Source of the DNA: Eledone cirrhosa
Lineage: Eukaryota
Direction: 5' to 3'
Length of the DNA stretch: 64,000 nt
Assembly (NCBI GenBank): GCA_964016885.1
Contig: OZ024741.1
Coordinates: 402,380,001-402,444,000, forward strand
The translations under genes and the position numbers were made by a program. The notes under the pieces are model-generated. The model did no database searches and was not told the DNA's origin. It saw nothing but the letters and a program-made list of their open reading frames with translations. Positions 50,995 through 64,000 of this stretch are shown here, one piece after another. Within the stretch, counting starts at the first letter, position 1, and every line of letters starts with the position of its first letter.

Positions 50995-53900
50995 ATGGAC
51001 GAACTGCGGAATCCTGGAGAGTGGAAGGGAGAGAAAAATCTGGATGCTCAGAGCGAAGATGCCAAAGTTAAAGTCAAATTCACCTCGTGGACGAGAATGC
51101 GAGCACTCCTCTTTGTTTCGTCCGCGGATGGCTAACATAACCCCATCTCCCCCCGCCCCCCACCACCCCCACCCTCCAAACGCAATCCAAAACTTCAGAG
51201 TTGGTACCATAAATGTAGGCACCCTAAAGGGTCGCGCTAACGAAGTTGTAGAAATGCTTGAACGTAAGGAGGTCGATGTTTGTTGTATTCAAGAGACCAG
51301 GTGGAGGGGTGGGTCTGCTAGATTCATTGAGGGTAAAAAACGATGTTATAAGCTTTTCTGGGTGGGAAACGACGATGGGCTGGGTGGAGTAGGAATCATG
51401 GTAGCAGAAAAGTGGGCAGATAAGATCATCATCATCATCATCAACGTCCGTGTTCCACGCTTGCATGGGTTTGGACGGGGGTAGTCCCACTTGAGGCAAG
51501 AGTGATTGTCTTGCTCGCATAGGACTGTCTGGCAGGTTTTCTACAGTTGGATGCCCTTCCTAACACCAACCACATTTACAGTGTGGGTCTGGGAGGTTTT
51601 TACCGTGTTGCCTACACTGCCACATTACAGCGTGGACTGTGTGTTTTTTTGTCGTGACACCTACACGATCTCATTTGTTTCGGCCTGGATGGCGCGGCAC
51701 CAACATAACTTTACATAGAACGGGGTGGTGTGGATGGGGTGGGGGTGGTGGCGGGACGGGGTGTATAAGATAATAGACGTAAATAGAGTGAACGACAGAA
51801 TAATTAAAATACGACTTGTCCTCAATAGAACTACGGTGACAGTAATCCGGACTGCCCGGCACTATAAAAGACAGATTCTATGAGACACTGATGCTAACTA
51901 CCTCCCAAATATCTGACAGTGACTATATAATTATTGCAGGCGACCTAAATGGTCACGTTGGACAACATTGTGACGGCTACGACGAAATCCATGGAGGCTA
52001 TGGGTTTGGTACTAGAAATGAGGAAGGCTCCAGAATCCTGGAATTCTATGATGCAAATAACCTAACTATCTGTAACACTAACTTCAAAAAACGTGACAAT
52101 CACCTGATCACCTATAGATCCGGGGAACACACAAGCCAGGTAGATTATATCCTTACCAGAAGACGTGACAGAGTGTCTGTTGTAAACACTAAATCCCTCC
52201 CCCATGAAGAATGCACCTCCCAACATAGACTGATAATTAGCGACCTCATAGTCAGGACGAGACGTACTCGACAGCAGAAGAGGACTATCCTTAGGAGGAA
52301 AATATGGAAGCTAAAGGACCCCACAGCCAGAAATAAATTTCAAAGCATATTACTTGATGCTTTCGACAGTAAGGAAGAGCATCTAGAGTCGGACAATATA
52401 GAGGGACAGTGGGAATTTCTGAAAGCAAACCTGCTGATGGCAGCAGACGAAGTCTGTGGCCGGAGCAGGCCTATAGGCAGGAGGAGAGTAACATGGTGGT
52501 GGAACAGTAAGGTGTCAATTAAGGCCAAAAAGCAGGCTTGGAAAGTATGGCGGGATGGGGGAAGTAGAGTAGACTATCAAGTGGCCAGGGGGGAAGCTAG
52601 GAGAGAAGTGTACTTAGCAAGAAGGGAAGCTGAGGAAAGAAAGTTCAAGCATGTTCTACAACGCGATGACCAAAAACGTGAGGTGTTCAGGATTGCTAGG
52701 CAATGCGTCAAGGAAAACCGTGATATTGTCGGGGAGAAGTGTATACTTAACGATGATGGCATACTTGCCATCACCGACACTGATAAGAAGGTAGCTTGGA
52801 AGTGTCACTATGAAAGGCTACTAAATGAGGAGAATAAATGGGAGAAAGACAGTCTCCCCCATATCGACCCAATAGAGGGATCAGCAGTGTTAGTCGAGGG
52901 GAGTATAATAAGTAAGGCAATCAAGGATATGAAGACGGGTAAGGCGGCTGGGCCTTCGGAAATAGTTGCTGAGATGCTGAAGGCATCTGGCACGGTGGGA
53001 CACACCATGGTCACCAGCATAGTTAACCAAGTCGTACAGAATGGGGTTGTTCCGAAGGACTGGCATAGCAGCATCATCGTTAACTGTTATAAGGGTAAAT
53101 GAGACGCCCTAGATAGGAGTAACTATAGAGGCATTAAATTAATCGACCAGGTCATGAAGGTCACGGAAAAAGTAATAGCGCAACTAATCAGAGAGAGAAT
53201 TGACCTAGATGAAATGCAGTTCGGGTTTGTGTCAGGCAAAAGTACCACAGACGCTCTTTTCATAGTACGACAACTACAGGAGAAGTACCTAGCTAAAGGT
53301 AAACCCCTCTACTTAGCTTTTGTCGACCTGGAGAAAGCCTTCGACAGAGTCCCCCGCTCCATTATCTGGTGGGCTCTTAGAAAACTAGGCGTTGACGAAT
53401 GGCTTGTGAGGGCTATACAAGCCATGTATAAAGAAACAGTCAGCAAGGTTAGAATTAACAACGAATATAGTGAAGAGTTTAGCGTAAAAGTTGGCGTCCA
53501 TCAGGGCTCTGTTCTCAGCCCCCTACTATTTATTATTGCCCTTCAGGCTATAACAGAGGAGTTCAAGACAGGCTGCCCATGGGAACTCCTATACGCAGAC
53601 GACCTGATACTCATAGCGGAATCAATGGCCGAGCTAGAGAAGAAATTCCAAACATGGAAGCACGGCCTAGAGTCAAAAGGACTTAAAATTAACCTGGCTA
53701 AGACCAAAGTTCTAGTTTGTAGGAAAGAAAACAAGGCAGCGGTCCCTTCTGGGAAATGGTCGCTCTCGGTGTGTAGGAAAGACGTAGGTAGAAACTCCAT
53801 TTTATGTCCTAAATGCAAAGTATGGGTGCATAAAAGATGTAGTGGGATCACAGGTAAGCTAACTAAGAACATAGATTTTACATGTGGCCGGTGTTCTGGT

Positions 53901-54416
53901 GCAATAAGTAGCAGCAAGTGCCCACAAAATACTAGCTCTTTCAATTGCGCAGAGGGTTCTATAGAAATAGTGGACAGCTTCCGTTACCTGGGTGATAAAA
54001 TCAGCAGTGGGGGAGGGTGCTCTGAAAGTACAGTAGCTAGAGTCAGAACTGGATGGAAAAAGTTCAGAGAGCTTATACCACTATTAGCCGCTAGAGGGTT
54101 CTCCCTAAAAATGAAAGGCAGGTTATACGATGCCTGCATACGAACAGCAATGCTGCATGGCAGTGAGATCTGGGCATTGTGTGCAGAGGATATACGCAGA
54201 CTAGAGAGGAACGAAGCTTGCATGCTCCGCTGGATGTGCAATAGTAATATACGTGAACGGCAAAGCATAAACGAACTAAGGAAAAAATTAGAAATAAGAG
54301 GGATCAGATGTTGTTTACTCGAGAGAAGGCTACGTTGGTACGGTCACGTGATGCGCATGAAAGACGACAGCTGTATAACAAAGTGCAGGGCAATAAAGAT
54401 AGACGGTAGCCACGGA
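50991..54416 (+). mobile_element. RTE family 1, the most 5'-complete copy (APE N-terminus present), disrupted
   Basis: MANITP..FRVGTINVGTL..CIQETRW from 51128; nested insertion 51427-51764; 20-bp deletion near 51847; TGA at 53100; RT ORF 53154-54416; 3' end replaced by a SINE tail. Confidence 0.93.
51427..51764 (-). mobile_element. RTE family 1 3'-UTR-only copy nested antisense in its own family, with TSD
   Basis: ATAAGAT is duplicated at 51420-51426 and 51765-51771. Confidence 0.9.
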
Positions 54417-54585
54417 GGTCGTGGAGGTCGTGGAGGTGCCATGGCAAAAAAGCACACAGCACTCACTGCAAATGAGGTTGGTGTTAGGAAGGGCATCCAG
54501 CTGTAGAAATCAAGCCAGAATCAGTTCCCGTCCCACCCTTGCAAGCAGGGAAAAGCGGACGTAAAATGAAATGAAAGGAAATGAA
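54417..54585 (+). mobile_element. 3' half of the CORE-SINE
   Basis: GGTCGTGGAGGTGCCA..GGGAAAAGCGGACGTAAAATGA matches 10202-10345. Confidence 0.85.
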
Positions 54586-54829
54586 TATATACAGTATATA
54601 TATATATATATACAGTATATATGTACAGTATATATATGTACAGTATATATATATACAGTATATATATATATATATACAGTATATATATACATATACAGTA
54701 TGTATATATATATATATATATATATATACAGTATGTATATATATATATATATACAGTATGTATATATATATATATATACAGTATGTATATATATATATAT
54801 ATACAGTATACATATATATATATATATAT

Positions 54830-55257
54830 ATTAGAAATAAGAGGGATCAGATGTTGTTTACTTGAGCGAAGGCTACGTTGGTATGGTCACGTGATGCGCA
54901 TGAAAGTCGATAGTTGTATAACAAAGTGCAGGGCAATAAAGATAGACGGTAGCCACGGAATAGGCAGACCTAGAAAAACCTGGGACGAGCTGATAAACTC
55001 CGACCTCACACACTTACACCTCTCCAGGACAATGTCACTGGACCGAGACCTTTGGCGGTACTCAGTAATAGAGAAGACCCGCCTTACCTAAATACAAAGT
55101 AAAAACCTACTACAGTCAGTAGGCATCTCTATCAAAACACACCCCCGTCACACCACCCCCTTCTATGTAAGGTTATGTTGGTCCCACACCATCCAGGCCG
55201 AAACAAATGAGATCGTGTAGGTGTCACGACAAAAAAACACACAGTCCACGCTGTAAT
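54830..55257 (+). mobile_element. RTE family 1, C-terminus and partial 3' UTR
   Basis: LEIRGIRCC..EKTRLT* (stop 55091); the 3' UTR is cut at 55257. Confidence 0.9.
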
Positions 55258-58200
55258 AGGAATCATGGTAGCAGAAAAGTGGGCAGATAAGATAATAGAC
55301 GTAAATAGAGTGAACGACAGAATAATTAAAATAAGACATGTCCTCAATAGAACTACGGTGACAGTAATATCCGCGTACGCACCCCAATTCGGACTGCCCA
55401 GCACTATAAAAGACAGATTCTATGAGACACTGATGCTCACTACCTCCCAAATAACCGACAGTGACTATATAATTATTGCGGGCGACCTAAATGGTCACGT
55501 TGGACAACATTGTGACGGCTACGACGAAATCCATGGAGGCTATGGGTTTGGTACTAGAAATGAGGAAGGCTCCAGAATCCTGGAATTCTCTGACGCAAAT
55601 AACCTAACTATCTGCAACACTAACTTAAAAAAACGAGACAATCACTTGATCACCTACAGATCAGGGGAACATACCAGCCAGGTAGATTATATCCTTACCA
55701 GGAAACGTGACAGAGTGACTGTTGTAAACACTAAATCCCTCCCCCATGAAGAATGCACCTCCCAACATAGACTGATAATTAGCGACCTAATAGTCAGGAC
55801 GAGACGTACTAGACAACAGAAGAGGACTATCCTCAGGAGAAAAATATGGAAGCTAAAGGACCCCACAGCCAAAAATAAATTTCAAAGCATATTACTTGAT
55901 GCTTTCGACAGTAAGGAAGAGCATTTAGAGTCGGACAATATAGAGGGACAGTGGGAATTTCTGAAAGCAAACCTGCTGATGGCGACAGATGAAGTCTGTG
56001 GCTGGAGCAGGCCTGTTGGCAGGAGGAGAGTAACTTGGTGGTGGAACAGTAAGGTGGAGGAGTCAATCAAAGCCAAAAAGCAGGCTTGGAAAGTATGGCG
56101 GGATGGGGGAAATAGAGAAGACTATCAAGTGGCCAGGAGGGAAGCTAGGAGACAAGTGTACTTCGCAAGAAGGGAAGCAGAGGAAAGAAAGTTCAAGCAT
56201 GTTCTACAACGCGAGGACCAAAAACGTGAGGTGTTCAGGATTGCTAGGCAATGTGTCAAGGAAAACAGTGATATTGTCGGGGAGAAGTGTGTACTTAATG
56301 ATGACGGCGTACTTGCCATCACCGACGCTGATAAGAAGGTAGCTTGGAAGTGTCACTATGAAAGGCTACTAAATGAGGAGAACAAATGGGAGAAAGACAG
56401 TCTCCCCCACATCGACCCAATAGAGGGACCAGCAGTGTTAGTCGAGGGTAGTATAATAAGTAAGGCAATCAAAGATATGAAGACGGGTAAGGCGGCTGGG
56501 ACTTCGGAAATAGTTGCCGAGATGCTGAAGGCATCTGGTACGGTGGGACACACCATGGTCACCCGGATAGTCAACCAAGTCATACAGAATGGGGCTGTTC
56601 CGAAGGACTGGCGTAGCAGCATCATCGTTAACTGTTATATGGGTAAAGGAGATGCCCTAGATAGGAGTAACTATAGAGGCATTAAATTAATCGACCAGGT
56701 CATGAAGGTCACGGAAAGCGCAACTAATCAGAGAGCGAATTGATCTAGATGAAATGCAGTTCGGGTTTGTGTCAGGAAAAAGTACCACAGACGCTCTTTT
56801 CATTGTACGACAACTACAGGAGAAGTACCTAGCTAAAAGTAAACCCCTATACTTAGCTTTCGTCGACTTGGAGAAAACCTTCGACAGAGTCCCCCGTTCC
56901 ATTATCTGGTGGGCTCTTAGAAAACTAGGTGTTGATGAATGGCTTGTGAGAGCTATACAAGCCATGTATAAAGAAACAGTCAGCAAGGTTAGAATTAACA
57001 AAGAATATAGTGAAGAGTTTAGTGTAAAAGTTGGTGTTCATCAGGGCTCTGTTCTTAGCCCCCTACTATTTATTATTGCCCTCCAGGCTATAACAGTGGA
57101 GTTCAAGACCGGCTGCCCATGGGAACTCCTATACGCAGATGATCTAACGCTCATAGCTGAAACAATAGCCGAGCTAGAGAAGAAATTCCAAACATGGAAG
57201 CACGGCCTAGAATCAAAATGCCTTAAAATTAACCTGGCTAAGACTAAAGTTCTAGTTTGTAAGAAAGAAAATAAGGCGGCGGTCCCCTCCGGGAAGTGGC
57301 CATGCTCAGAGTGTGTAGGAAAGGCGTAGGTAGAAACTCCATTTTGTGTCCCAAATGCAAAGTTTGGGTGCATAAAAGATGTAGTGGGATCACAGGTAAG
57401 CTAACTAAGAACATAGATTTTACATGTGGCCGGTGTTCTGGGGCAATAAGTAGCAGCAAGTGCCCACAAAATACTAGCTCTTTCAACTGCGCAGAGGGTT
57501 CTATAGAAATAGTGGACAGCTTCCGTTACCTGGGTGACAAAATCAGCAGTGGGGGAGGGTGCTCTGAAAGTACAGTAGCTAGAGTCAGAACTGGGTGGAA
57601 AAAGTTCAGAGAGCTCATACCACTATTAGCCGCTAGAGGGTTCTCCCTAAAAATGAAAGGCAGGTTGTACGATGCCTGCATACGAACAGCAATGTTGCAC
57701 GGCAGTGAGACCTGGGCATTGTGTGCAGAGGATATATACGCAGACTAGAGAGAAACGAAGCTTGCATGCTCCGCTGGATGTGTAATAGTAATATACGTGA
57801 ACGACAAAGCATAAACGAACTAAGGAAAAAATTAGAAATAAGAGGGATCAGATGTTTACTCAAGAGAAGGCTACGTTGGTATGGTCACGTGATGCGCACG
57901 AAAGACGACAGCTGTATAACAAAGTGCAGGGCAATAAAGATAGATGGTAGCCACGGAGTAGGCAGACCCAGGAAAACCTGGGACGAGCTGATAAATTCCG
58001 ACCTCACACACTTACACCTCTCCAAGACAATGTCACTGGACCGAGACCTTTGGCGGTACTCAGTAACAGAGAAGACCCGCCTTACCTAAATACAAAGTAA
58101 AACCTACTACAGTCAGTAGGCATCTCTAACAAAATACACCCCGTCCCACCACCCCCACCCCATCCACACCGCCCCTTTCAATGTAAAGTATTGTTGGTGC

Positions 58201-58478
58201 CACAACATCCAGGCCGAAACAAATGAGATCGTGTAGGTGTCACGTAAAAAAAACACAAGTTCACGCTGTAATGTGACCGTGTAGGCAACACGGTAAAAAC
58301 CTCCCAGCCCCACACTGTAAATGTGATTGGTGTTAGGAAGGGCATCCAGCTGTAGAAAACCCGCCAGATAGTCCTATGCGAGCAAGATAACCACTCTTGC
58401 TTCAAGTGGGAATACCCCCGTCCAAACCCATGCAAGCATGGAACACGGACGTTAAACGATGATGATGATGATGATGAT
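55257..58478 (+). mobile_element. RTE family 1, near-full-length, frameshifted
   Basis: ORFs 55265-56743, 56754-57329, 57296-57748 and 57721-58089; frameshifts near 56718, 57311 and 57733; 3' UTR and (GAT)n. Confidence 0.95.
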
Positions 58479-58520
58479 ATATATATATATACAATATATA
58501 TATACAATATATATATATAT

Positions 58521-58610
<90 letters not shown>

Positions 58611-58638
58611 ACTATATATATATATATATATATATATA

Positions 58639-59103
<465 letters not shown>

Positions 59104-59119
59104 TATATATATATATATA

Positions 59120-59188
<69 letters not shown>

Positions 59189-59210
59189 TATATATATATA
59201 TATATATATA

Positions 59211-59289
<79 letters not shown>

Positions 59290-59381
59290 TATATATATAT
59301 ATATATATACAATATATATATATATATATATATATACAATATATATATATATATATATATACAATATATATATATATATAT

Positions 59382-59416
<35 letters not shown>

Positions 59417-59490
59417 TATATATATATATATATATACAATATATATATATATATATATATATACAATATATATATATATATATATATACA

Positions 59491-59521
<31 letters not shown>

Positions 59522-59597
59522 ATATATATATATATATATATATACAATATATATATATATATATATATATACAATATATATATATATATATATATAT

Positions 59598-59635
<38 letters not shown>

Positions 59636-59674
59636 ATATATATATATATATATATACAATATATATATATATAT

Positions 59675-60024
59675 ATCATCATCATCATCATCATTTCATT
59701 TTACGTCCGCTTTTTCCCTGCTTGCAAGGGTGGGACGGGAACTGATGCTGGCTTGATTTCTACAGCTGGATGCCCTTCCTAACACCAACCTCATTTACAG
59801 TGAGTGCTGGGTGCTTTTTTGCCGTGGCACCTCCACGACCACTTTGCAGTGGAAAATGATAGGGACCTCAGTCCCTATCATCTCATTTCTACAGCTGAGT
59901 AAACTGGAGCAATGTGAAATAAAGTGTCTTGCTCAAGGAAACAACACATCACCCGGTCTGAGAATTGAACTCACAATCTTTCGATTGCAAGGCCAATGCT
60001 CTAACCACTAAGCCATGTGCCTCC
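59675..60024 (-). mobile_element. CORE-SINE copy, full length with (ATG)n tail
   Basis: Reverse complement of the 10012 and 58755 copies. Confidence 0.88.
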
Positions 60025-60044
60025 ATATATATATATATATATAT

Positions 60045-60090
<46 letters not shown>

Positions 60091-60263
60091 TACAATATAT
60101 ATATATATATATACAATATATATATATATATATATACATATATACAATATATATATATATACAATATATATATATATATATATACATATATACAATATAT
60201 ATATATATATATACAATATATATATATATATATATACATATATACAATATATATATATATACA

Positions 60264-60294
<31 letters not shown>

Positions 60295-60316
60295 TACAAT
60301 ATATATATATATATAT

Positions 60317-60382
<66 letters not shown>

Positions 60383-61629
60383 GGTTTGAGGTTCACCACT
60401 GTATAGAGCTGGTCTATTCCGTATGGTCAATCGTAATGCAATAATATAGAGAGTACTCAACGTAAAGCAGTTCAACCGTCTTTGTTTTTGTAGTTGGTGG
60501 TGCTATTACGGAGTTAAATATTATAATGAAATGACAGGAGGCTGGATTTGTGTAAATCCTTGAAAGGTTTATTATACTATGATCATTTCAATGACCGGCC
60601 TCACAGAATATCCGAACTTCGACGAAACTCCACGGACTGGACCATAACATGTATTGTACTGCACTGAATTAACTAAATGGCTACCCTATACTTCTGGGCA
60701 TGTATAACTCACACTGAACTCCCAGACTCGAACACGCACTGTTTTCACATCTATATGCATTATCTGACTGCAACTTGAACTATCTTGTATTTCTCCTGTG
60801 TCGTGAACTCTCCATTTAATAGACAACGACTCCTGCTTGTTTATTTATATCTTTACATCTTTATTTGCTGTATTAATGCTCCTCCACGTATTCTACCTCT
60901 ATACATCCATGTACTTTCTACTTCCCTTATTCGGACTTTTACTCGCGTGTACCCTCAGCACACGTCACTGGAATATTTCCCCCTGGGAACATAAATACCG
61001 CAACCCGAACTATATTGTATTTCTCCTGTCTCTTGAACTCTACATTTACTAGACAACGACTATTGTTTGTTTATCTATATCTTCACATCTTTGTTTGCTG
61101 TATTAATGTCCTGATTTCTCCATCTTACTCCAACACCACTCTTGTTGGTTTATTTACATGTTTATACCTATATATTGATATGTTTATATATTTATACCTC
61201 TGCTGTACCAATGTGCTCTTCCACGTATTCCACTTCTATGTATCCATGTATTTCTACCCCTCACATTGGGACCTGTACCCATTAGCTCTTCCACGTATTC
61301 CACTTCTATGTATCCATGTATTTCTACTCCTCACATTGGGACCTGTACCCATTAGCACACGACACTAGAATGTCTCCTCCTGAGAACAAAAATTAAACAT
61401 TACACGACTATATCCCGTACTCTACATCCCACTAGGATAAATTACAGATCTACATAATACAATTAACGTTTCTTCATAAAAGACTATTTAATTAAACCCC
61501 GCAACCCAAAACCTCATAGAAGTTATTTGAATGTCTAATCTTCAATTTTCTGTTTGTTCAATTCTCAATCCTCTTACTCCTTAGCTTCATAATGTTATTC
61601 TGAATTCTTTCAACTTCATCCGATAAAGT

Positions 61630-62648
61630 TAAGCAAAATTCTAAAGTTCCAACTTTCTGTCGGACCGTTGGGTGGGTTTTAGCGGCGGCGCGACCAGCTC
61701 CCTGGCGAACGGGCTCACCTGGAGTGCTTGGAAAAATAAATTCCCCTTCTTTCAGTAAATGAAAATACTCGGCGTGGCTTAATTAGCCATGGGGCCTGGG
61801 GCGCGGCCGGTGTTTTAACCGCCAAATAGTACCTTTAAATTACAGAACAAATCGGAACTATTATATATATCAACCTGAAACTGTTGAGCTTTAAGTTTTC
61901 TAACCTCTTTAATATGGAATATTGATTATTAATTTATTAATTTTTTAACTTCATCCTATAAGTCTAAACATTGTAACACACTGACCCCCAATATATTCAC
62001 CTCTGCTAAGATGCGAGTCCCTGTGAAAATTTTGTCGCGCCACTCCTGGCCCGACTGTGGTGTGACATTAATATCGACCTTCCTTCCTCTCTCTTTCTAT
62101 CTTCCTTCTTGTAGCTATCAACCATTACTCTTTTACTTCTCTAAGCTAAATTTTAAAGTTCCAACTTTCTGTCGGACTGTTGGGTGGGTTTTAATGGCGG
62201 CGCGACCAGCTCCGTGGCGAACGAGCTCACCTAGAGTGCTTGGAAAAATAAATTTCCCCTTCTTTCAGTAAATGAAAATACTCGGCGTGGCTTAATTCGC
62301 CATGGGGCCCGGGGCGCGGCCGTTGTTTTAACCGCCAAATAGTACCTTTAAATTACAGAACAAATCGGAACTATTATATAATTAATTGTTAAACTGTTGA
62401 ACTTTAAATTTTCTAACCTTTTTAATATTGAATATTGATTATTAAATGTTTTTAACTTCATCCTAGAAGTCTAAACACTGTAAAACACTGACTCCCAATA
62501 TATCCATCTCCGCTAAGATGCGGGTCCCTGTGAAAATTTTCTCGCGCCACTTCTGGCTTGACTGTGGTCTGACATTAATATCGACCTTTCTTCCTCTTCC
62601 TTTCTATCTTCCTTCTTGTAGCCATTAACCCTTACTTTTCTACTTCTC
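61630..62648. repeat. tandem duplication of a about 510-bp unit (61630-62141, 62142-62648) containing GC-rich hairpins
   Basis: Direct alignment by eye, with scattered substitutions. Confidence 0.92.
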
Positions 62649-63022
62649 TCTTCCCTTCCTTCTCTCCTCCCCTCCTCCCTGCAGACTTATCTTCCTTCCC
62701 CCTCTTGCTTGCCTATATCTGACCAGTAGTAGTTACCTTCCTCTTTTAGCTGACATTAACCCTGACTTCTCTTCTTCTTTCTTCCCCCTTCTTCTCCTTC
62801 CTTTCTTTCTTTCTTTTACCTTGTGTCATGGGATCGACGTTAACCTATGCTCCCATCTCTTTCTGTTTTCGTTCATCTGACCGGTAGTAGCATACTATAA
62901 AATTTAGCCACGTCACTCCAGGGCGACCAGCTGAGGTTGAAGGAACAGAATAGCGGTCGCCCTCGGGTCTCGATTTTCAGCCCCATGGATTTTACCTATT
63001 ACATTCACGTATTATATTTCGA

Positions 63023-63080
63023 ATACCTGATGATATCACCGGATTCATACGGAACCCGGTCATTGAAATGATCATAGTAT
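63023..63080 (+). ncRNA. type-I hammerhead ribozyme motif
   Basis: ATAC-CTGATGA-tATcACCGG..CCGGTcATt-GAAA-TGATCA-TA-GTAT, followed by AATAAA. Confidence 0.75.
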
Positions 63081-63132
63081 AATAAACCTTTCAAGGATTT
63101 ACACAAATCCAGCCTCCTGTCATTTCATTATT

Positions 63133-64000
63133 ATCATCATCATCATCATCATCACCGTTTTACGTCCGTTCTTCCACGCTAGCATGGGTTAGACGGGTTG
63201 TCCTGTTGTGGGCAGTGTCTGGTCGGCTGACCATGCCTTGCTCATACAGGAACTGATCTGGCTTGATTTCTACAGCTGGATGCCCTTCCTAACACCAACC
63301 TCATTTACAGTGAGTGCTGGGTGCTTTTTCGTGGCGCCTACACGTCCACTTTACAGTGTGGGCTGGGTGCTTTTTTGCCGTGGCACCTCCACGACCACCT
63401 TGCGGTGGGGGGGGGGGGCATATTGTTTATATGCTTCAGCATGTACCCATGGGAGGTCGGGTACCCTGTATTACTGCGTGACGCCAGAAGTCACGGTCGT
63501 GTGTCATTGACTTTGAGAGGTGTAGTTGGGTAAGGTCGGCTTTTATCACCTCATCCCAAGTCATCTTGGGTCTCCCCACTCCGCGGTTTCCATCAACTTC
63601 TAGTGCTCTGCACCTTTTTATGCAGCTGTCATCCTTCATACGCATCACATGTCCATACCAGCGTAACCGCCTCTCCTGCACGCAGCATTTGATTCCTCTT
63701 ATGCTCAGTCTCTCTCTCAATTCATTTATGCTTTGTCGTTCACGTATATTACTGTTACACATCCATCGGAGCATGCAGGCTTCGTTTCTCTCTAATCTAC
63801 GTAAGTCTTCCACCTTCAGCGCCCAGGTCTCACTACCATGCAACATCGCTGTTCGGATACACGCATCATACAGTCTGCCTTTCATTCAGAGGGAGAAGCC
63901 TTTTGCAGCTAGCAGTGGTAGTAGTTCCCTAAACTTCTTCCATCCCGTTCTTACCCTAGTTATTGTACTTTCTGAGCACCCACCTCCGTTGCTAATTCGG
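63133..64000 (-). mobile_element. RTE family 2 copy, continues beyond the window
   Basis: ORF 63436-63885; the 3' UTR matches 24801-25090. Confidence 0.93.

Larger units (their letters stand above)
60380..63131 (+). mobile_element. non-coding element bounded by 76-bp inverted repeats (60523-60598 / 63056-63131) that overlap a hammerhead; probable Penelope-type derivative
   Basis: Exact inverted arms by eye; internal tandem duplications; no credible ORF. Confidence 0.65.

Noticed and set aside
61995-62030. Twister ribozyme (CTAA...GTCCC)
   Set aside because: Could not find the required P1/P2 stems and pseudoknot partners.

Overview
Repeat-saturated, AT-rich eukaryotic (animal) genomic DNA with no recognisable host gene. 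The SINE/LINE repertoire and (TA)n load suggest an octopus or other cephalopod (inference). Bases 1-9934 are a 41-bp tandem satellite with higher-order duplications and a terminal fold-back. The rest is a (TA)n-rich scaffold carrying about 15 truncated or disrupted RTE-clade LINE copies from at least 3 families, whose ORF has a C4HC3 PHD-type finger inserted inside the RT region. It also carries two kinds of tRNA-headed SINE, two Penelope-like (RT/GIY-YIG) remnants, a DD37D maT transposon, a CR1-group LINE 3' end and a decayed R4/Dong-like LINE. The main signal the ORF track misses is a set of about 12 type-I hammerhead-ribozyme motifs, almost all with palindromic stem-III loops. Two otherwise intact motifs (plus one degenerate) have a compensatory U3-A8 core. 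Several sit in fold-back (inverted pseudo-LTR) elements, one of which encloses a 2.6-kb non-coding region with a duplicated, G-U-rich structured domain. All ribozyme folds were read by eye, not computed. All YIYI/CVCV and satellite ORFs are artefacts.
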